The notes beneath the pieces are model-generated. The model was not told the DNA's origin, did not search any database, and worked only from the letters and a program-made list of their open reading frames with translations. A DNA stretch of 64,000 bases from a virus (Duplodnaviria; Caudoviricetes). Location of the stretch: IMG/VR virus record IMGVR_UViG_3300037067_013660, positions 64,001 to 128,000 of that record; one strand, 5' to 3'. Made by a program: the position numbers and the translations under genes. Below are positions 58,441 through 64,000 of this stretch, piece by piece (the stretch's first letter is position 1; each line of letters opens with the position of its first letter).

Positions 58441-59655
58441 TTACTGCAGTACGGTCGCTAGATTTTCCCGTAGTTCGTTGCGACCAATTCCGACAAACGT
58501 ACGGGCCGCGCACACCAAGGTTTTGACCGGCAGTTCGTCGCTGTGGTGGCCTGTTGTTTCGACGCAGTGGGCGTCGAACAGCGGCTCCCAGTCACCGTTT
58601 AGTGTTTCGATGAACTGCTTGATCTTGGGGTCGATGACGTTGTGGTGGCGGTCGAATTGAATCTCCGGCAAGACCGAGGGCGACGGAATGACGTCGTGGA
58701 GCGTCAGGCCCGTCTCGGGATTCGGCACGTCGAACGAACGGGTGCGCGGGATCCAATCGCCCACGGTCTCGGGCGTCAGGTCCATGATGATGGTGCGGGT
58801 CTTCAGGACGCCCCTGCGACAATCCCGCAACGCCTGTTCGGCCTCTTGCTGCGTCGGGTAGAAGCGGTAGACGTTGGAGTAGCGGACGCGGTCGACAAAA
58901 TACGTCAGGACTTTGGTACCGCGCCGGTGGTGGCGGTCTTCCGGCAGCACGAAGGCTTTCTCGACTTTTTCCTGCCGGACGTTCAGGTACCACACGGTCT
59001 TGTGCTTTTCCCTGGTCTCCAGGCTGAGCAGCGGATTGCGGGATTCGTGGCCGTGGTGTTTCGCCAGGTTGGCGGCGTAGTTTTTCAAACCCCGCGCCAC
59101 CAACGCCGCCATCGTGTTGGCGTTGTAGTCGAATATTTCGTAGTGTCGGATGATGCGAACAGCTTGACACGCCAACTCGGCCTCGACGTCGTCAGCGTCA
59201 ACGCCGTGGTCGTTGGCCCAGAAAAAGTACAGACGTTTGCGCGTGAGGAAACGGTTGTAGCGCGTAACCGCGTCGATGACCTCGATGATGGCGCGGTCGC
59301 ACAGGCGCCTGGGTTTAGGGCGGCGCTGCAACTCGTCGCGGTCGTGGGCGTCAAGGCAATGGAAACACGCCTTGAGCCCATCGGGATCAAGGCCCAGGCG
59401 TGCCGCGATCTTCTGGTACCGGGGATTCGGCTGGTGTGCGATCCACCAGAGTCCTCGGTACAGTTGATTCTTGTGGACGCTACAGTCTATCCACTCGCGC
59501 ACGGTGCGAAAAGCATCGCGCTGGCCAAAGGGTAACGACATACTCAAATGATTAATTTCGTGATATTGCGTGAACCGGCAGACGTAGCGAACGAAGTGGG
59601 GCAAAAGCGTGGCGGACGCAGCAGGTAAATGCTGCGCAATTTTTGCACACAACAC
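58441..59655 (-). CDS. Divergent RNA polymerase sigma factor-like protein
   Basis: Region 2-like DADDVEAEL...IRHYE...ARGLKNYAANL and region 3.2-like SFDVPNPETGLTLHDVIP. Promoter TTGACA-17-TAACGT at 59706-59734. Confidence 0.55.
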   Translation of the reverse strand: MLCAKIAQHLPAASATLLPHFVRYVCRFTQYHEINHLSMSLPFGQRDAFRTVREWIDCSVHKNQLYRGLWWIAHQPNPRYQKIAARLGLDPDGLKACFHCLDAHDRDELQRRPKPRRLCDRAIIEVIDAVTRYNRFLTRKRLYFFWANDHGVDADDVEAELACQAVRIIRHYEIFDYNANTMAALVARGLKNYAANLAKHHGHESRNPLLSLETREKHKTVWYLNVRQEKVEKAFVLPEDRHHRRGTKVLTYFVDRVRYSNVYRFYPTQQEAEQALRDCRRGVLKTRTIIMDLTPETVGDWIPRTRSFDVPNPETGLTLHDVIPSPSVLPEIQFDRHHNVIDPKIKQFIETLNGDWEPLFDAHCVETTGHHSDELPVKTLVCAARTFVGIGRNELRENLATVLQ

Positions 59656-59902
59656 GTGGCAGCCTCCAGGTTTTGGTTTTCCCGTCTAAGTTGAACCGTT
59701 CGGCTACGTTACGCCAGGTCGCGTTTCGTGTCAACTACTTTGTTCGGGGCATTGCCTAATGATTCCGCTACGTTGTTGCTTGGGGCCAAACTTTTTGCAT
59801 AGGACGGATCCCGCTGGATCGCTTGGGGTGGGGCTGGGGACGCCATGGGACTAGATCCAATCCGATCCTATTCGATTTATTGGCTTGGCGTTGGTTCCCG
59901 TG

Positions 59903-60148
59903 GGCTTTGCCCCAAATTGCCTTCTTGCCCCATAATTCCCTCGCTTGCCCAAGAATTGAACCAACCCGATTCTAACAGCGATGTACTCCACGACGACGCT
60001 ACAACTTTCAATTATTTATTTCGAACCCATTGCCCTCCTCAGAACAGAGCCTATGCTTGCGGCCATATCGTGCTCCAAGATCCACGATAGAGACCATGGC
60101 TGGCCCCCACATTGGCTTTGCCCCAAAATGCCTTTCTGCCCCATAATT
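59903..60148 (+). repeat. 35-bp imperfect direct repeat (59903-59937 and 60114-60148)
   Basis: GGCTTTGCCCCAAAWTGCCTTYYTGCCCCATAATT, 32 of 35 positions identical. Confidence 0.85.
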
Positions 60149-60507
60149 TCATCGTCTGCCTCAAAATAACCGCAAGCCGCCGAAATCACACTGACCGTTA
60201 CCAAGGTACTTGTGGCGCCATCATTCGCGCAAGCTCCAGGACATAGTGACTGAGGGTCTTGGCGTACGATACCCGTGTGCAATCTGGAAGAGCCCTAAAG
60301 CAACGCTGGGTTGGGAGAGGAGATCTCATCCTATTGTCAATACAACTGCATTCTCGATAGGTTCCGACACACCATTACGCAGTATCGTGATGTAATGTCT
60401 TGGTTAAATACCGACACATACGTTTTGTGCCAACGCAACGCAGAGTAACGATTTATCATTGACTAACCCGTAGCATGCCAGTACATTCGTGTCTGGAGGT
60501 CACGAGT

Positions 60508-60864
60508 ATGCCGAACGAGACGATCCAGGCCATCGACGCGAAGATCAAAAAATACGAAAAGGAACTCGCGACACTCAGACAAGCCCGCGAGATATTCCTG
60601 CGGGACGTAGAAGGTAATGGTGGATCAGCATTACCCGACGCAGTACAGACCCTACACTGGCCCGACGTCGCGATGGACATCATCCAAGGCTATGGCGGAG
60701 CCCAGTTCAAAAAGAGTCAACTGGTAGAAGATCTGATCGCACGAGGAACGTCCACAGATCCCCGCAACGTCGCGACGTGGCTTTCGCGCAACGCAAAAGG
60801 CGATAAGCCCAAATTCAAGCTACAGGGTCGCCACTGGATCCTGATACAAAAAATGAGTGCGTGA
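60508..60864 (+). CDS. Coiled-coil plus winged-helix DNA-binding protein
   Basis: GGAGGT ribosome-binding site; AMDII...KKSQLVEDLIARG...NVATWLSR...F...GRHWIL. Confidence 0.65.
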   Translation: MPNETIQAIDAKIKKYEKELATLRQAREIFLRDVEGNGGSALPDAVQTLHWPDVAMDIIQGYGGAQFKKSQLVEDLIARGTSTDPRNVATWLSRNAKGDKPKFKLQGRHWILIQKMSA

Positions 60865-60877
60865 TGATGAATTAAAC

Positions 60878-60910
60878 AAAAAACCCAGCAAGGTGACGCT
60901 TGCTGGGTTT
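60878..60910 (+). terminator. Intrinsic terminator-like hairpin
   Basis: AAACCCAGCAAG-gtgacg-CTTGCTGGGTTT right after the stop codon. Confidence 0.7.
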
Positions 60911-61451
60911 GCCGAAGTCGGCACCGGCTAGAACCTCGAAATACATCAAGATTCTAGCCGCTCCGCTACAAGAAGTCAAGGGTTATTTTGTGGTTGGCGT
61001 GCCGACCTAACTACAAGAAATCCTTGGGAAAGGGGAGAGAACCATGTTTTCGTTGACGATTACATGGCCTAGACGATGGTGTCTACGCTGCGAGATTTCG
61101 CGTGACGGCTTAAGTCTAGACATTACGAAACGTTAGCCTCTGCTCGGGGAGTCCTGTACTCCCCGAGCATCGAGTGCGCTTCAGCTACCTAAGCTGCCGA
61201 TCTCTTGCCTAGCGATCCGCCTGGGTGATGGTCGTCCAGCAGCTCGCCCAAGGAACCCAGGCACAAGATCCAGTAGTTTACTCAACCAGCCGCAACGTAG
61301 GACACGGCACGTCTTTCACCACCACGGGTGCAGCATCGGCGGCAGTGGGATCGTCCTCCAGATCGGGCAAGTAGCCGCAGTGCGGACAAGCGCCAGCACG
61401 GAAATAGACGATGAGCCTGACGGCGATGGTACTTAGCTTGCCGTTTGGGCA

Positions 61452-61994
61452 TCAACGGTACTTCGGCCAGTTTTCCGTTTCGCGTGGGTGGCGCGCTCGC
61501 ATTGGGTAGCGTTCAGGGTGCTGTAAATGACGTGCACAAAGGTCTGCATCTAAGGCAGGCCAGTAGAAGCCACCATCACCGATGAGTTGGACGTCTCGGA
61601 TCTCGTCGTCGGTGCCGTAGCGAAAAATTGGGTACGTGGTAAAATCGATCCAGTAGAGTTCTGTGTCGTAGTACAGCCAAAGACCCTTTGCCATAACCGC
61701 GTAAACAAACAAACGCGATCTATTGGCTGTTCTGTGGGCAGCAAAAAATGTACGCCAGGCGTCCATGATGACGTCATAGTGTTGCTCTACATAACGTTTT
61801 GACTTCCTGATGTCTGCGGCTTTTACGGCGGATTCTTTATGTTTTAGAGATACAGCACCAGCCTTAACTTTACCAAGCCACCACATAACAGTGCCACTAG
61901 GAGTGTCGACGTGTACGTGGGCTACGCTTCCTTCTGTACTATTAAAATAAAAACGAAAGCCGCCGACATTGATGGTAGTGATGGTGGGTGACAT
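61452..61994 (-). CDS. DUF4160-DUF2442 fusion (toxin-antitoxin-like)
   Basis: N-half GGFRFYFNSTE..AHVHV...WRTFF; C-half YPIFRYGTDDEI.DVQL...GFYWPALDADL...PERYPM. Promoter TTGACA-17-TAGGCT at 62018-62046. Confidence 0.75.
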   Translation of the reverse strand: MSPTITTINVGGFRFYFNSTEGSVAHVHVDTPSGTVMWWLGKVKAGAVSLKHKESAVKAADIRKSKRYVEQHYDVIMDAWRTFFAAHRTANRSRLFVYAVMAKGLWLYYDTELYWIDFTTYPIFRYGTDDEIRDVQLIGDGGFYWPALDADLCARHLQHPERYPMRARHPRETENWPKYR

Positions 61995-62087
61995 TAATAG
62001 TACCTCTTCATTTCGTTAGCCTACTACGAAGCGCAGGGTCTGTCAATACCTATTATTCCTTACCCACTAGGTAGGATATGATTGGGC

Positions 62088-62116
62088 TTGACACCCCAGT
62101 CAGCGCCCGCTAGGAT
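62088..62116 (+). promoter_or_regulatory. Sigma70-type promoter TTGACA-17-TAGGAT for the leader/tRNA operon
   Basis: Consensus -35 with 17-nt spacer. Confidence 0.7.
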
Positions 62117-62138
62117 GCAGGCGACAAGGAAACGACCG

Positions 62139-62282
62139 ATGCGAACCCGAACCACCACCCAGGCCAAAGAGAAGCGCGTGACAGTGCGCCGTCTGGACTG
62201 GTTTGCCTCCTCACCGTGCAGTATTCCATCGTATCCCGATAATATGCATGGTCTTACCAAGGAGAACAGCCGGGCGGCATAG
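62139..62282 (+). CDS. Putative leader peptide (47 aa) of the tRNA operon
   Basis: AAGGA ribosome-binding site, tandem TAG TAA stops, all 20 amino acids, 36 different codons. Confidence 0.7.
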   Translation: MRTRTTTQAKEKRVTVRRLDWFASSPCSIPSYPDNMHGLTKENSRAA

Positions 62283-62304
62283 TAAGACCGAAAGAAACTG
62301 AACC

Positions 62305-62341
62305 AGGCCGCCCAGCGAAAGCTCGGTGGCCTTTTTGTTTT
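62305..62341 (+). terminator. Intrinsic terminator/attenuator
   Basis: AGGCCGCC-c-AGC GAAA GCT-c-GGTGGCCT followed by TTTTGTTTT. Confidence 0.85.
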
Positions 62342-62400
62342 CCGGGTGCTGTTTTGCAGTGCGGAACAGTAGCGTAGCACGGTGCGAATCCGTGGCCCGG
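62342..62400 (+). ncRNA. tRNA-like remnant (acceptor stem plus T arm)
   Basis: CCGGGT...CACGG TGCGAAT CCGTG GCCCGG, with no proper D or anticodon arm. Confidence 0.35.
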
Positions 62401-62619
62401 CATCGCCCGTGGAAAGCACGTGCGGGTTATGTTGGTTGGTGGCGACGAGCGTTGGTCCCGTGACGTGGTGGAAGCGGTAGCGGCGGCGCGGTCTCGACTG
62501 CGGTGCGGTGGTGTCGTAAGGCACTGCACGGTAGAGTTGAAAAACAAATAGTAAGGAGGTGATGTTTGCAGGAATTCCGTGGACACGTTCCGCTCCGTTG
62601 ATATGGGCGTGTCCACACT

Positions 62620-62690
62620 GGAGCTATGGTGTAGTGGCAACACGTTGGACCGTCTATCCGAAACCCCGAGTTCGATTCTCGGTAGCTCCG
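62620..62690 (+). tRNA. tRNA-Asp(GTC) with C33 and U37
   Basis: Cloverleaf; anticodon arm TTGGA CCGTCTA TCCGA. Confidence 0.8.
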
Positions 62691-62695
62691 TTGAC

Positions 62696-62770
62696 GGGGA
62701 TATAGTGTAATCTGGAAACACGGGTGGCCTGATCCGAACCACCAATTGCGGTTCAAATCCGATATCCCTG
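62696..62770 (+). tRNA. Atypical or pseudo tRNA with 11-nt anticodon loop
   Basis: GGTGG CCTGATCCGAA CCACC; bulged T stem. Confidence 0.5.
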
Positions 62771-62774
62771 ATTT

Positions 62775-62846
62775 GGACTCTTGGTGTAATCGGCAGCACA
62801 GGAGACTGAAGATCTCTTAGTCCAGATTCGATTTCTGGGGGGTCCA
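62775..62846 (+). tRNA. tRNA-Phe(GAA)
   Basis: GGAGA CTGAAGA TCTCT. Confidence 0.85.
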
Positions 62847-62848
62847 TT

Positions 62849-62920
62849 GCCTCGGTAGCCTAGTGGTCAGGCACCAGTCCGTTAAACTGTTTTACGCGAG
62901 TTCGACTCTCGCCCGAGGCG
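62849..62920 (+). tRNA. tRNA-Asn(GTT) with C33
   Basis: CCAGT CCGTTAA ACTGT. Confidence 0.85.
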
Positions 62921-62931
62921 TTAGGTATTTT

Positions 62932-63002
62932 GGAGAGATCGTCCAATGGTAGGACCCCAGACCGTAACTCTGCTAATCTAGGTTCGAGTCCTGCCCTCGT
63001 CA
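62932..63002 (+). tRNA. tRNA with GTA (Tyr) anticodon, C33, short variable loop and weak acceptor stem
   Basis: CCAGA CCGTAAC TCTGC; the body resembles tRNA-Gln. Confidence 0.6.
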
Positions 63003-63007
63003 TCTAC

Positions 63008-63080
63008 GTGCCTGTAGTTCAATTGGCAGAACGATCGCTTGATGGGCGATAGGTTGGGGGTTCGACGCCCTCCAGGCACA
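63008..63080 (+). tRNA. tRNA-Ile(GAT) with G37 and G38
   Basis: ATCGC TTGATGG GCGAT. Confidence 0.85.
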
Positions 63081-63084
63081 TTTT

Positions 63085-63165
63085 GGCTGGTACCGTGCAG
63101 GGCACAAACTAGGTCCGAACCCTAGGGCGGTCTAACGGCCGGGAGTTCGATTCTTCTACCAGCCT
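63085..63165 (+). tRNA. tRNA-Ser(CGA) with C33 and long variable arm
   Basis: CTAGG TCCGAAC CCTAG. Confidence 0.7.
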
Positions 63166-63172
63166 TTGTTTT

Positions 63173-63257
63173 GGAAGGATGGCTGAGTGGTAAGGGACCG
63201 GATTGCTAATCCGAGGTCATCGTAATGGATGCGCGTGTTCAATCCACGCCACCTCCT
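63173..63257 (+). tRNA. tRNA-Ser(GCT)
   Basis: CCGGA TTGCTAA TCCGA; long variable arm; imperfect acceptor stem. Confidence 0.7.
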
Positions 63258-63258
63258 T

Positions 63259-63342
63259 GGAGGACGAGATGCAAGGCGCGCAAGCTGGTTGGAAGCCAGT
63301 TAGATCTGAAAAGATCGCCGAGTTCGATTCTCGGGCCTTCCG
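63259..63342 (+). tRNA. tRNA-Ser(GGA)
   Basis: GCTGG TTGGAAG CCAGT; long variable arm. Confidence 0.75.
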
Positions 63343-63343
63343 T

Positions 63344-63415
63344 GCGACCGTAGTGTAATTGGTAGCACGTAAGTCTTCCAAACTTGCGGTACGAGTTCAA
63401 GTCTCGTCGGTTGCT
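63344..63415 (+). tRNA. tRNA-Gly(TCC)
   Basis: TAAGT CTTCCAA ACTTG. Confidence 0.9.
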
Positions 63416-63497
63416 TTATGGGGTGTGGTCCGGCGACCAAATTGATACTGTACATGTGTGCGGGCGCGTGTTATAATATAATGCAGGAGTGTACCTA

Positions 63498-64000
63498 ATG
63501 CCGAAACCTAATTGTGTGTGCACTATTTGTGGAGAGTCGTTCTATAGAGGTAAAAGTAGACTCAAAAACATCAAGCATGGTGTCTATTGCTCGCGGGAGT
63601 GTTTTCAGTTAGCACCCAAAACACAGAAACCAGAAAAGCGGCAGAAGGCACGGAAGTTGCGTATTGACGGGTGGTCCGTAAACAAAATTGCGGACAAGTT
63701 GAGTGTGTCTAAAGGAACTGTAAGCTTATGGGTACGTGACATGCCCAGACCTGAAAACTTAATCCCCAAACCTAAACCAGAGCCCAAACTACACGTACGT
63801 AAACAATATGTGATGGATAGCCAAGGCTATGTAATGGTACCGCACCCACGAAACTACAAAAATACTACGTATTGTGGTGGTCGCTACGTATACTTACACC
63901 GACTTGTCATGGAACGTTTTCTGCGTAGATATTTAACTTCTACTGAGGTAGTACACCACATCAACGGAGACAAACAAGACAATCGGCTAGATAATCTTGA
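63498..64000 (+). CDS. HNH homing endonuclease with zinc finger and HTH (runs off the window)
   Basis: Hand-translated: MPKPNCVCTICG...YCSREC...SVNKIADKLSVSKGTVSLWV...YLHRLVME...EVVHHINGDKQDNRLDNL. Confidence 0.85.
   Translation, partial: MPKPNCVCTICGESFYRGKSRLKNIKHGVYCSRECFQLAPKTQKPEKRQKARKLRIDGWSVNKIADKLSVSKGTVSLWVRDMPRPENLIPKPKPEPKLHVRKQYVMDSQGYVMVPHPRNYKNTTYCGGRYVYLHRLVMERFLRRYLTSTEVVHHINGDKQDNRLDNL

Noticed and set aside
10815-59535. Long plus-strand ORFs antisense to real genes (e.g. 10815-11768, 25412-26206, 54910-55836, 58642-59535)
   Set aside because: They are shadow ORFs expected at this GC content, with no motifs or ribosome-binding sites.
61280-61452. Small minus-strand ORF containing CPHCG
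   Set aside because: The protein-like frame lacks a start codon and the ATG frame looks non-coding, so I cannot support it.
62400-62615. tmRNA or other known ncRNA between the terminator and the first tRNA
   Set aside because: Hairpins are present, but I could not identify tmRNA ends, a tag ORF or any known family by eye.
1-64000. Stop-codon reassignment, as seen in some large phages
   Set aside because: Conserved genes are full length in code 11, TAG, TGA and TAA all end genes at tight junctions, and no suppressor tRNA was seen.

Overview
A 64-kb segment of a large tailed (myovirus-like, probably jumbo) phage genome in genetic code 11, read mostly on the minus strand. From left to right: (1) a tail-fibre gene cut by the window edge; (2) a replication block with a putative origin protein, intein-containing UvrD, a phage beta-clamp, 5'-3' exonuclease, a solo tnpB, DnaB and an SF2 helicase; (3) a 15-kb array of eight DNA-modification genes; (4) class II ribonucleotide reductase with a mini-intein, and RuvC; (5) neck, baseplate and contractile-tail genes, interrupted by an AAA+ cassette; (6) a divergent sigma factor, a DUF4160-DUF2442 fusion, a tRNA array and an HNH gene. 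Three candidate systems stand out. First, a 47-codon leader ORF containing all 20 amino acids and 33 consecutive non-repeated codons sits in a terminator/antiterminator switch in front of the tRNA array, whose anticodon loops are non-canonical. Second, all eight modification enzymes end in a shared (Q/E)K(S/T)(L/I)W-like tail that may dock them on the phage clamp. Third, three of those genes are frameshifted exactly at simple repeats, suggesting phase variation. All calls come from reading motifs by eye; no database searches were run.
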